Shown here one piece after another: positions 27,078-35,355 of a stretch of DNA of 64,000 nt; the stretch's first letter is position 1, and each line of letters opens with the position of its first letter. This DNA is from Phycisphaerales bacterium (GTDB lineage Bacteria > Planctomycetota > Phycisphaerae > Phycisphaerales > UBA1924). The position numbers were made by a program, and so were the translations under genes. The notes under the pieces are model-generated. The model did not search any database. It was not told where the DNA came from and was given only the letters and a program-made list of their open reading frames with translations. The stretch is from assembly GCA_965227775.1 (NCBI GenBank), contig OZ245777.1:2464001-2528000 (forward strand), written 5' to 3'.

Positions 27078-28558
27078 CGCACACCCTCGGCGATGCTCGC
27101 ACGATGCAGGAGCGCCTCGCGCGCGACAAGGCGGTCATCGAAGGGACGCTTCACAGTGCCACCCGAGTCCGTGCGGACGATCTGGTAGTCCTCGTGTCCT
27201 TTCCCGGCAATGACAACGACGTCGGAAGGGTCCGCCTGCGAGATTACGGCGCGGATGGCCGCTTCGCGGTCGGGGTCGCTTGCTTTCCATACGTGCTCTG
27301 GCACGCCCGCGAGCACCTCATGCACAATGGATGCCGGCTCCTCGGTTCGCGGGTTGTCGCTTGTTACGAATACGCGGTCGGCGAGCCTTCCGGCGACGGC
27401 GCCCATACGCGGACGTTTCGTGCGATCACGATCTCCACCGCATCCAAACAGGACCCAAAGCTTGCCCTCGCCCTTACGGCTGGCGACAGCGAGTAGTGCC
27501 TTCTCGAGCGCGTCGTCGGTGTGGGCGTAGTCAACCAGCACACGCGGGCCAGCGACGGCATTGACCTTGACGGGTTCGAGCCTGCCGGGGGGAGGGCCGA
27601 GGGTGGGCAAGGCGCGTTGAATCTGTTCGCGATCGAGGCCCATGGCGTGCGCCGCTGCGACCGATTGGAGCGCGTTCATCGCGTTGTGATCGCCGACGAG
27701 GGGGAGCGAAGCCTCGACCGACCCCCAGGGCCCAATCATCTCGACGCGGCTTTCCAGATCGGCCGCCACAATGCGCACGGTCGCGTCCGCTTCGCCGCGC
27801 ATCGAGCAACGCAGCACCCGAGCCTTGCACTCGCGGAGCATCCGCTCGCTCGCGGCATCGTCCGCGTTCACAATCGCCAGGGCATCTCGATCGAGCGACG
27901 AGAACAGCATCGATTTGGACTCGGCGTAGGCGTCCATGGTGCCGTGATAGTCCAGGTGGTCGCCGCTGAGGTTGGTGAAGATCGCCACCGCAAAGCCCAG
28001 CCCCGCGACGCGATGCTGGTGCAACGCGTGGCTCGAAGCCTCAATCGCGGCGAAGTCGCAGCCGTGGCCCACCATGCGCGCGAGCGAGGCGCTCAGTTCC
28101 TCTGCTGCCGGCGTCGTGAGATCGGCGGGTCGCAGCCCGGCGCCCTCGTCGATTTCGATCGTCCCGACCAGGCCGCACTTGTTGCCTGACGCCGAGAAGA
28201 GCTGCCGCACGAGCCAAGCGACGGTTGTCTTGCCGTTGGTGCCCGTCACGCCCATGAGGCCGAGCCGCGAACTGGGCGAGCCGTGCCAGCGTTCGGCGAC
28301 GATCGCCCCGGCCTGGGCCGGATTGTCGCACACGAGCGAGACCGGCGCGTCATGCCGCTTCGATCCGAGCACGGCGACCGCGCCTCGCTCCACGGCCTTG
28401 GCAACGTACTCGCTGCCGTCGCTCTTCACCCCGGGTCGTGCCACGAACAACCAGCCCAGATCGATCTTGCGGCTGTCTTCGGAGACACCGGCAATCCGAA
28501 CATCGACCGAGCCGTGCACGGTGATAGGGAGATCGACGATGAGTTCGCTCAGCAGCAT
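27074..28558 (-). CDS. murE: UDP-MurNAc-L-Ala-D-Glu--meso-DAP ligase
   Basis: GVTGTNGKTT, EASSHAL, FTNLSGDHLDYH, VDYAHT, FGCGGDRD, SDNPR (meso-DAP signature), AGKGHE. Confidence 0.97.
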   Translation of the reverse strand: MLLSELIVDLPITVHGSVDVRIAGVSEDSRKIDLGWLFVARPGVKSDGSEYVAKAVERGAVAVLGSKRHDAPVSLVCDNPAQAGAIVAERWHGSPSSRLGLMGVTGTNGKTTVAWLVRQLFSASGNKCGLVGTIEIDEGAGLRPADLTTPAAEELSASLARMVGHGCDFAAIEASSHALHQHRVAGLGFAVAIFTNLSGDHLDYHGTMDAYAESKSMLFSSLDRDALAIVNADDAASERMLRECKARVLRCSMRGEADATVRIVAADLESRVEMIGPWGSVEASLPLVGDHNAMNALQSVAAAHAMGLDREQIQRALPTLGPPPGRLEPVKVNAVAGPRVLVDYAHTDDALEKALLAVASRKGEGKLWVLFGCGGDRDRTKRPRMGAVAGRLADRVFVTSDNPRTEEPASIVHEVLAGVPEHVWKASDPDREAAIRAVISQADPSDVVVIAGKGHEDYQIVRTDSGGTVKRPFDDRLVAREALLHRASIAEGVR

Positions 28559-28631
28559 GAGGTGCTCGACGATACGGCTGCCAGAGCATCGACCAAGCCG
28601 ACGCGGGTGGCCGAGATTTCGCGGGGTTTGG

Positions 28632-29738
28632 TCAAGGCAGCACCAGCATCGCATCGCCGTACGAATAGAACCGGTACCGCTGCTCGATCGCTGCCGTGTA
28701 GACCGCTTGGAGCTGCTCGACGCCTCCAGGCAGCAGGGCCGCCACCATGGCCATGAGCGTCGAGCGTGGCAGGTGGAAGTTGGTGATCAGGGCGCTGGCG
28801 AGCTTCCACTGGTAGCCGGGCGTGATGAGCAGATCGGTCTCGAACCAACCGCCAGGCCGACCGGCGCCGGCCTCGATCGTCCGGGCAGCTGTGGTGCCAA
28901 CCGCCACGACGCGTTGCCCTTGTCGCCGCGTGGCCTTGAGATCGTCCATCACGGCTGACGGGGCGTGGCATAGCTCGTGGTGCATGTCGTGGTCTTCGAC
29001 GTGCTCGGCCGCGACCTCTCGAAACGTCCCGGCACCGACATGCAGCGTCACGTCACGTCGGACGACGCCCCGTTCAGCCAGCGCCTCGAGCACGGATGGT
29101 GTGAAGTGCAGGCCGGCTGTCGGGGCTGCCACCGAGCCTGCCTCGGCCGGGTCGGCGTACACGGTCTGGTAGCGGTCATGGTCCTGGGCCTTCTCATCGA
29201 GCTGGCCGCCTTCGCGGCGGGCGCTGCGGATGTACGGCGGAAGGGGCACGTGCCCGATGTCCGCGAGCACCGCCATGCTGTGGCTCCGGAAGACCTCGTT
29301 GCTGTCCCAAGGCCCCCCGATGAGTCGAACGATCCAGGCTCCGGGGACCTTCGCATCTTGGTCGACGAGTTCGACTGCGTGAGCCGATGGTGCCCCATAG
29401 CGATCGAACAGCCGGATCCGAGCTCCTGGCTTGAACCTGCGGGCCTTCACCATGCACACCCAGGTGCCGGGCTCGCTTCCGAACTCGAGGAATAGCCCTT
29501 CTGCCTTGCCGCCGGTGTCCTCTCGCTGCCCGAGCAAGCGGGCGGGAATGACACGGCTGGTGTTCACGACGAGGCGATCGCCAGCATCCAGAAACTCTGG
29601 AAGGTCGCGAAAGACGGCGTGCTCGGGTGCTTGGTTGCTTCGCACGACCAGCAAGCGCGCGCTGTCCCGAGGCTCGGCCGGGGCGGTGGCGATGAGCTCG
29701 CGCGGCAGGTCGTATTCGAGGTCTCGTGTCCGCAGCAT
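28632..29738 (-). CDS. queA: S-adenosylmethionine:tRNA ribosyltransferase-isomerase
   Basis: YDLPRELIA, PLPPYI, RYQTVYA, AAPTAGLHFT, VGTT, TNFHLPRSTL, YRFYSYGDAM. Confidence 0.97.
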   Translation of the reverse strand: MLRTRDLEYDLPRELIATAPAEPRDSARLLVVRSNQAPEHAVFRDLPEFLDAGDRLVVNTSRVIPARLLGQREDTGGKAEGLFLEFGSEPGTWVCMVKARRFKPGARIRLFDRYGAPSAHAVELVDQDAKVPGAWIVRLIGGPWDSNEVFRSHSMAVLADIGHVPLPPYIRSARREGGQLDEKAQDHDRYQTVYADPAEAGSVAAPTAGLHFTPSVLEALAERGVVRRDVTLHVGAGTFREVAAEHVEDHDMHHELCHAPSAVMDDLKATRRQGQRVVAVGTTAARTIEAGAGRPGGWFETDLLITPGYQWKLASALITNFHLPRSTLMAMVAALLPGGVEQLQAVYTAAIEQRYRFYSYGDAMLVLP

Positions 29739-29865
29739 GTGGTCCTCACGCAACGCCCGGGTGATGCGAGGCAGCATCATTGACACGGTCACCGCAGATC
29801 TGAACGGCTACAGAGGTGCTGCAGGCCGATGATTATCGGGCTTTCGGCCGTGGCACGTCGGTTTC

Positions 29866-30192
29866 ATGGTGTTGGGCGTGTCCGGCATCGCTACCAGTTC
29901 GATCGGCCTGCATTACGAGGCCCACCAGCCGCTGCGATTCAGCGAGTACCTCGAGAATCGCAACCGTGCTCAGGAAGTCGAGCGGGCGGCCGGGAAGCGG
30001 AGCGTCGAGGCGGCGGGCGGGGAGGCGTGCCGCCAGCGCTGCCACGCCCCGGCCGCCCCGCAGGCGGGCACGCCCACGCTGGCAGAGGTCAGCCCCGTGC
30101 CGCTTCCATACGCGCTCCCAGTCCGCGAGACACCGCAGGTGACGATCCAGCAGTTGCTGCCGATCGGCTCGATCATCGATGTGACGATCTGA
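29866..30192 (+). CDS. Small hypothetical protein (start uncertain)
   Basis: Fills the gap between queA and gmhB; ends LLPIGSIIDVTI. Confidence 0.55.
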   Translation: MVLGVSGIATSSIGLHYEAHQPLRFSEYLENRNRAQEVERAAGKRSVEAAGGEACRQRCHAPAAPQAGTPTLAEVSPVPLPYALPVRETPQVTIQQLLPIGSIIDVTI

Positions 30193-30225
30193 TCCGGTTG
30201 GGAGCGTGCCGGCTAGACTCGGCCG

Positions 30226-30843
30226 GTGGTCGTCTTTCCGCCCGATATCCGTCCGTTGCCCGAAGCCCGCAACGCGCCCGGCCCACGCCGGCCGGCGGTG
30301 TTCTTTGATCGCGATGACACGCTCATCGAGAACGCGACGCTACCGGCAGAGGCGTTCGCCGGCACGCCGGGTGACCTCGCGAACCCTGCGTGGATCCGAC
30401 CTCTCCCGGGCGCGAAGGAGGCCTGTGCCCGGGCGTTCTCGCTTGGATATGTCGTTGTCATTGTGACCAACCAGGGTGTGGTCGCGCGGGGTGGCGCGTC
30501 GCTGGATGAGGTTGAGGCTGCCTGCGCGCGCACGATCGAGGTAATCGGGCCGGGTATTGACGCGTGCTTCGCGTGCCCGTTCCATCCCCACGGCACCGGT
30601 CCGACGGAGTATTGCCGCGAGCACGCGTGGCGTAAGCCACAGCCGGGCATGCTGCTGGCGGCGAGTGATCTGCTCTGGCTGGATCTCGGCCGTTCGTGGA
30701 TGGTGGGAGACGCACAGCGTGACATCGAAGCCGGCGAGGCGGCCGGATTGCCGGTGAATCAATGCCTGCTGTTGGCAGATGGGCTCACACTACGAGACGC
30801 CTTGGAGCGCATTGCAATGCACCCGGTGAGCGCGCATGGGTGA
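30226..30843 (+). CDS. gmhB: HAD-IIIA phosphatase, D-glycero-D-manno-heptose 1,7-bisphosphate phosphatase-like
   Basis: FFDRDDTL, VTNQG, CPFHP, RKPQPGM, MVGD...DIEAG. Confidence 0.88.
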   Translation: MVVFPPDIRPLPEARNAPGPRRPAVFFDRDDTLIENATLPAEAFAGTPGDLANPAWIRPLPGAKEACARAFSLGYVVVIVTNQGVVARGGASLDEVEAACARTIEVIGPGIDACFACPFHPHGTGPTEYCREHAWRKPQPGMLLAASDLLWLDLGRSWMVGDAQRDIEAGEAAGLPVNQCLLLADGLTLRDALERIAMHPVSAHG

Positions 30844-31948
30844 GGCCGTCGGCCAACACGATCGCCGGCTGCTCATCGTCCTGCCGTCGTGGGTGGGTGA
30901 TGCCGTGATGGCGACGCCGGCCCTGCGGCTGATCCGCGAGACCTTGCCCGGCTGGTTCATCGGGGCCATCTGCCGGCCCGGTATCGATCAGGTTCTTGCC
31001 GGCCTCGAAACGCTCGATGAGTTGCACGTGGCGCCAATGTCGGGTGTGTTCGGCCCGAAGCGCGTCGCGGCCCAGCTTCGGCCGCGGCGATACCGGGCGG
31101 CGCTGCTGCTGACCAACTCGTTCTCAACGGCGCTTGCGAGCCGGATCGCGGGCGTTCCGCTGCGCCTTGGGTACGACCGCGATGGTCGAGGCATGCTCCT
31201 GACGCACCGGCTTGCAGCGCCCAAGCGCGGCGATGGCGCGTGGGAGGTTGTGCCAGCCGCGGCGTACTACTACCACGCGGCCAGAGCCTTGCTCGACGTA
31301 TTGGCAGATCGAACGGTCGATGCACGAGCGGCGATCGAGCCCTTGCCGGCCCATGCGCACCTCAAGTTGGTCGTGACCGATGCCGAGGCGGTGCGGGCGA
31401 GTGAGGTACTCGAGAGCGCGAGCATTGCCGCCGATTCGCGGCTGGCGGTGCTCAATCCGGGTGGAAACAACCCGGCGAAGCGATGGCCGCCGGAGCGGTT
31501 CGCAGCACTGGCTGATTGGCTTGCCACGGAACACGGTCTGGCCTGCGTCATCAACGCATCGCCCGCGGAGGTCGAGATCGCCCGCGCGATCCAGAATGCT
31601 TCGTCGAAGCAGCCAGCGTGCCTGGCCGACCATGGCGGCTCGCTGGCCTCGCTCAAGGGCGTCTTGGCCCGAAGTTCTTTGATGGTGACCAACGACACGG
31701 GGCCTCGGCACATGGCGGCCGCCCTGGGCGTGCCGGTTGTGAGCCTGTTCGGGCCGACGGACCACCGCTGGACGACCATCCCCGCGCCCGCTGGCGAGGC
31801 CATCGTGCTCGCCGATCCGGACCTGCCTGAGGGCCAGACGGCCAACGACGACCCGCAGCGCAGCCGCATCGAGCGCATCACACTGGAACGGGTGCGAGAG
31901 GCCGCGACGGGGCTGCTCAACCCGAGCCGCTTGGGGGCCGATGATTGA
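30836..31948 (+). CDS. Glycosyltransferase family 9 (LPS heptosyltransferase II-like)
   Basis: PSWVGDAVMATP, NPG...AKRWP, VTNDTGPRHMAAALGVPVVSLFGPT; overlaps gmhB. Confidence 0.92.
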   Translation: MGEAVGQHDRRLLIVLPSWVGDAVMATPALRLIRETLPGWFIGAICRPGIDQVLAGLETLDELHVAPMSGVFGPKRVAAQLRPRRYRAALLLTNSFSTALASRIAGVPLRLGYDRDGRGMLLTHRLAAPKRGDGAWEVVPAAAYYYHAARALLDVLADRTVDARAAIEPLPAHAHLKLVVTDAEAVRASEVLESASIAADSRLAVLNPGGNNPAKRWPPERFAALADWLATEHGLACVINASPAEVEIARAIQNASSKQPACLADHGGSLASLKGVLARSSLMVTNDTGPRHMAAALGVPVVSLFGPTDHRWTTIPAPAGEAIVLADPDLPEGQTANDDPQRSRIERITLERVREAATGLLNPSRLGADD

Positions 31949-32032
31949 CTGGTCGCGGGACGCCGAGGCTGTTACTATGACGGCCCTGCTCGGAGGGCGA
32001 GATGCCTCCTGGGCGACAATCAGGCAACTGTC

Positions 32033-32107
32033 GGGGGCGTAGCTCAGCTTTGGTAGAGCGCTTCCATGGCATGGAAGAGGTCGTCGGTTCGAGTCCGGTC
32101 GCCTCCA
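32033..32107 (+). tRNA. tRNA-Ala (GGC); CCA not encoded
   Basis: GGGGGCG TA GCTC AGCTTTGGTA GAGC G CTTCC AT GGC AT GGAAG AGGTC GTCGG TTCGAGT CCGGT CGCCTCC A; G3:U70 alanine identity pair. Confidence 0.97.
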
Positions 32108-32114
32108 CTCGACA

Positions 32115-32143
32115 GCCGGGTCCCATCGGGCCCGGTTTTTCTC
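32115..32143 (+). terminator. Intrinsic terminator after tRNA-Ala
   Basis: GCCGGGTCC-CATC-GGGCCCGGT followed by TTTTCTC. Confidence 0.8.
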
Positions 32144-32256
32144 TGCGCGGGCGTAGCGAGACAATCGGCAGCGTTTTCTGGTGCCAGTTGTCTCGAGGTT
32201 GGCAATGAGGACTGGGGGCAAGACGCCGCTACACCTCACATTCAGCACAACCTGCT

Positions 32257-33495
32257 CTACTCGCTCCAGTCGATGTCTGCCAGGCGATCGAACGCCTCGG
32301 TGATCTGATCGGCTTCGACAGTCATCGCGATACGGAACCAGAGCTTGCCGTCGTCTCCAAAGCCTGCGCCGGGGACGAGGCTGACGCCAGCTTGGTCGAT
32401 GCAGCGCAACGCGAACTCCCAGCTCTCCATCGACCGGCCATCGGGACCCGCAGGGCATTGCGCCCATACGAACAGGCCCGCCTTGGGCCGCTCGGCCTTG
32501 GCACCGATCTTCTTGACGCCCTCCATGGTCGCGTCGAGCCGTTGCGTGTACATGGCACGAAGGGCATCCATGTCGTCGTGGTCGAAATTCTCCAACGCAA
32601 CGATGCCCGCCTCCTGCACGGCCGTGAACGCGCCACTGTCGATGGGGCCCTTGGCCTTGGCCAGGGCATCGATGACGGCCTGGTTCCCGACGGCGAAGCC
32701 GATGCGCCAGCCGGTCATGTTGAATCCCTTGCTCAGACTGTGGAACTCGATGAAGGGGTCCCGTTCGATGTCAACGCCATTGGCCTTCCAGAGGCTGTCG
32801 GGCTTGTCTTTCGCGTAGTAGAGCTCGCTGTACGCCTGGTCGCTCGCGAGAATGATGCCGTGACTGCGCGCGAAATTCGCAGCCTGCGAATAGAAGTCCA
32901 ACGGGACCGACGCACCCGTCGGGTTGTTTGGATAGTTCACCCACATGAGCGCCGCGTCGTCTACGTCGGCGGGTGCGACCTCTTCCCACAGGGGTGTCCA
33001 GCCACTGGCAGCCCGCATGGGCATGCTGACCGGCCGGGCGTCGGCCAAGATCGCGCCCGCGTGGTACACCGGGTAGCCCAAGCTCGGGCACAGGATCGAG
33101 CGCCCGGGGTTCACGACTGCCAGCGGTAGGTGGGCGATGCCCTCCTTGCTGCCGATGCACGCCAGCACGTGCCGATCGGCGTCGATCTCCACGCCGAAGC
33201 GTCGCTGCATGAAGCGGGCCGCGCCCTGGCGGAACTTCTTGGAGCCCTTGCTCGCGGGGTAGCGATGGGTGCTGGGATCCTTCACGGCCTGCCGTAGTGC
33301 GCTGACGATGAAGTCGGGCGTCGGCCGGTCGGGGTCGCCCACGCCCAGATCGATCAGCGGGGCCCCGGGCCCGCGGGCGCGGTACTCGGCTTTGGCCGCG
33401 TCGAGCCGGTGGAAGAGGTACATTGGCAGCGCGGCGAGGCGCTTCGACTGGATCAACTGGAGGGTGGGGGAGGCGGCAGGGTCGGTGGCTGTCAT
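32257..33495 (-). CDS. PLP-dependent class I/II aminotransferase, LL-diaminopimelate aminotransferase-like
   Basis: DLGVGDPD, IGSKEGIAHLP, NYPNNPTG, DQAY, SLSKGFNMTGWRIG. Confidence 0.88.
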   Translation of the reverse strand: MTATDPAASPTLQLIQSKRLAALPMYLFHRLDAAKAEYRARGPGAPLIDLGVGDPDRPTPDFIVSALRQAVKDPSTHRYPASKGSKKFRQGAARFMQRRFGVEIDADRHVLACIGSKEGIAHLPLAVVNPGRSILCPSLGYPVYHAGAILADARPVSMPMRAASGWTPLWEEVAPADVDDAALMWVNYPNNPTGASVPLDFYSQAANFARSHGIILASDQAYSELYYAKDKPDSLWKANGVDIERDPFIEFHSLSKGFNMTGWRIGFAVGNQAVIDALAKAKGPIDSGAFTAVQEAGIVALENFDHDDMDALRAMYTQRLDATMEGVKKIGAKAERPKAGLFVWAQCPAGPDGRSMESWEFALRCIDQAGVSLVPGAGFGDDGKLWFRIAMTVEADQITEAFDRLADIDWSE

Positions 33496-33554
33496 GGCAC
33501 CATCATCGTAGCGTTGGGACTAATCCGTCCACACCTCGAGAGGAGCGCCATTCC

Positions 33555-33749
33555 ATGCCCGACACCATCCGCGCCGAGAAGCTGCTGGCCGAGCTCAACC
33601 GCTTGCGCCAAGACCTCGACAAGGACCCCAGCGACCTCGAATGGGTCACGCTTCACCACGTCTTCTGCTTCGTCAGTTACAAGACCGGCGACTTCCAGAG
33701 TTACCTGGATGAGGAGGCGAAGAAGGGGGCGTTCGAAGAGTTGGAGTGA
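33555..33749 (+). CDS. Small hypothetical protein, 64 aa (MPDTIRAEKLLAEL...GAFEELE)
   Basis: GAGGAG SD 8 nt upstream; high-GC3 codon use; protein-like helical sequence. Confidence 0.75.
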   Translation: MPDTIRAEKLLAELNRLRQDLDKDPSDLEWVTLHHVFCFVSYKTGDFQSYLDEEAKKGAFEELE

Positions 33750-34070
33750 CTTGGGCGTTCAGTTTTGGGCCGGAGTGCAACGGTTCGCTTGCGCTCGCGG
33801 GCCGCGATCCCTCACTCTCATCATGCGACTCTCCCGCGGAACCCACGCTCGCTGACCAACGTACAATCCCATGCCTCCGCGAAGCGCACGCCGCGGGGCA
33901 TGGGACCAAGGCCCGTGCACCCCAGGCGAGAGCGGCCGCGGCGACTGGATTGCGATTGCGATCTAGGTGATGTGCCCGGAGTGCCGACTCCGGGGAAAGA
34001 GTCCGGCGGTGGCCCTGCTTCGAACGGGGTCGCGGCGGTCGGGCGGGTTGGCCCGAAGGGGCCCGTGCAT

Positions 34071-34086
34071 AAAGGAGGTGATCCAG
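34071..34086 (+). promoter_or_regulatory. Extended Shine-Dalgarno, AAAGGAGGTGATCCAG (16 nt complementary to the 16S rRNA 3' end)
   Basis: Exact reverse complement of the conserved 16S tail CTGGATCACCTCCTTT. Confidence 0.9.
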
Positions 34087-34142
34087 TGTCGTACTTCAGT
34101 CAGGATCTCGAGCAGAGGTCTAACGACGGGTCACTGCGCTGA
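34086..34142 (+). CDS. Small ORF, 18 aa (MSYFSQDLEQRSNDGSLR), behind the extended SD
   Basis: GTG start 7 nt after GGAGG; TGA at 34140-34142. Confidence 0.6.
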   Translation: MSYFSQDLEQRSNDGSLR

Positions 34143-34220
34143 CCAACGGACCCGACGGGGTCCGTGCCGCGCGGTGATCGCGCGGGAACGGCTCCTGCGG
34201 AAGCACAGGACGCGTATCCC

Positions 34221-34254
34221 AACGGCCGGCGCTCTTCGGAGCGCCGGCCGTTTT
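34221..34254 (+). terminator. Intrinsic terminator
   Basis: AACGGCCGGCGCTC-TTCG-GAGCGCCGGCCGTT (14 bp, cUUCGg loop) running into a T4 tract. Confidence 0.8.
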
Positions 34255-34290
34255 CCTTGGCAGCAAAGCACGACGGGCATATTCTTCGGG

Positions 34291-35349
34291 ATGCCCAGTG
34301 TCTCGCAAGGGCCATCCCTAGGCTCGCCGCCGGACTCCGCCCTTGCCGGCGCGGTCGCGATCGAAGACGTGCACGCGGCGGCTAACCGTATCGCCGGACG
34401 CGTGCGACGCACGCCGATACTTGATCGCACGCCGTTGGATGACATCCTTGCCCGGCAGCTTGCTGGTTCCCGGGCTGAGGTCTTCCTCAAGTGCGAAAGT
34501 CTGCAGCAGACCGGGGCGTTTAAGCTCCGCGGTGCGACCAACGCTTTGCTGCAACTCGGTGACGGCGTAAAGGGCGTCTTGACATACAGCAGCGGGAATC
34601 ACGCCCAGGCTGTCGCGCGGGCGGGTGCCGACCTGGGCATGCCGACAGTGATCGTTATGCCAACTAATGCGCCGCGCGTGAAGCTCGAGGCGACCAAGCG
34701 GGAAATCCGGCGCGGGCATGAGAACTCGCGGATCGTCGAGTACGACGCGGCGACGCAGGTGCGCGAAGAGGTTGGTGGCGCTATTGCCGAAGCCGAGAGG
34801 CTGACGATCGTCCCTCCCTACGACCATCCGCACGTCATTGCGGGCCAGGGGACGGCGGCGCTCGAGCTATTCGAGGAGGTTGGTGCGCTCGACCTGCTAC
34901 TAACGCCCTGCGGAGGCGGGGGTTTGCTCAGCGGCTCGGCCATCGTCGCTGGAAGCATGAGCGCGGGGTGCCAGGTCGTCGGCGTCGAGCCGGCCAACGC
35001 CGATGACGCGGCGCGGAGCTTCCGCAGCGGCGTGCTGCACTCGGTTCGCAACCCCGACACAATCGCCGACGGCACGCGGACGCCCAGCCTCGGGCGGTAC
35101 ACGTTTCCGTTGGTGCTGCGGCACGTCGACCGATTCGTGACCGTCGACGAGTACGAGATCCTCGCGGCGATGAGGCTGTGCCTCGAACGCTTCAAGCTGG
35201 TCGTCGAGCCGTCGGGGGCGCTTGGTGTCGCCGGCCTGCTCCGGCTGGCCCATGACGAGCCCGGCGCGGTCGCGGGCCGACGCATCGGTATCGTGCTGAG
35301 CGGGGGCAACGTCGACCTGGCGGCGATCGACGGCGTGGGCGAAGACTAG
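34291..35349 (+). CDS. PLP-dependent serine/threonine dehydratase family enzyme (serine racemase / hydroxyaspartate ammonia-lyase-like; no regulatory domain)
   Basis: FLKCESLQQTGAFKLRGA, SSGNHAQA, AGQGT, CGGGGLLSG, TIADG, VEPSGA, LSGGNVD. Confidence 0.92.
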   Translation: MPSVSQGPSLGSPPDSALAGAVAIEDVHAAANRIAGRVRRTPILDRTPLDDILARQLAGSRAEVFLKCESLQQTGAFKLRGATNALLQLGDGVKGVLTYSSGNHAQAVARAGADLGMPTVIVMPTNAPRVKLEATKREIRRGHENSRIVEYDAATQVREEVGGAIAEAERLTIVPPYDHPHVIAGQGTAALELFEEVGALDLLLTPCGGGGLLSGSAIVAGSMSAGCQVVGVEPANADDAARSFRSGVLHSVRNPDTIADGTRTPSLGRYTFPLVLRHVDRFVTVDEYEILAAMRLCLERFKLVVEPSGALGVAGLLRLAHDEPGAVAGRRIGIVLSGGNVDLAAIDGVGED

Positions 35350-35355
35350 TCGACG

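Larger units (their letters stand above)
33867..34254 (+). ncRNA. Candidate structured small RNA / small mRNA containing an extended Shine-Dalgarno sequence
   Basis: Series of hairpins: 33867-33905, 33945-33966, 33975-33994, 34011-34031, 34039-34056, 34146-34165, 34167-34185, 34193-34210. Upstream promoter-like elements and a terminal 14-bp UUCG hairpin. Confidence 0.6.

Noticed and set aside
34071..34086. Possible 16S rRNA gene end on the minus strand
   Set aside because: Similarity stops after 16 nt (GATCCAG-TGTC rather than GATCCAG-CCGC) and no rRNA sequence flanks it; better explained as an extended SD.
33990..34210. RNase P, SRP or tmRNA identity for the structured region (GGGAAAGAGTCCGG; GGAAGCA)
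   Set aside because: It does not match GAGGAAAGTCC plus the RNase P 3' motif, the SRP domain IV motif, or tRNA-like tmRNA ends. An Rfam search is still needed to be sure.
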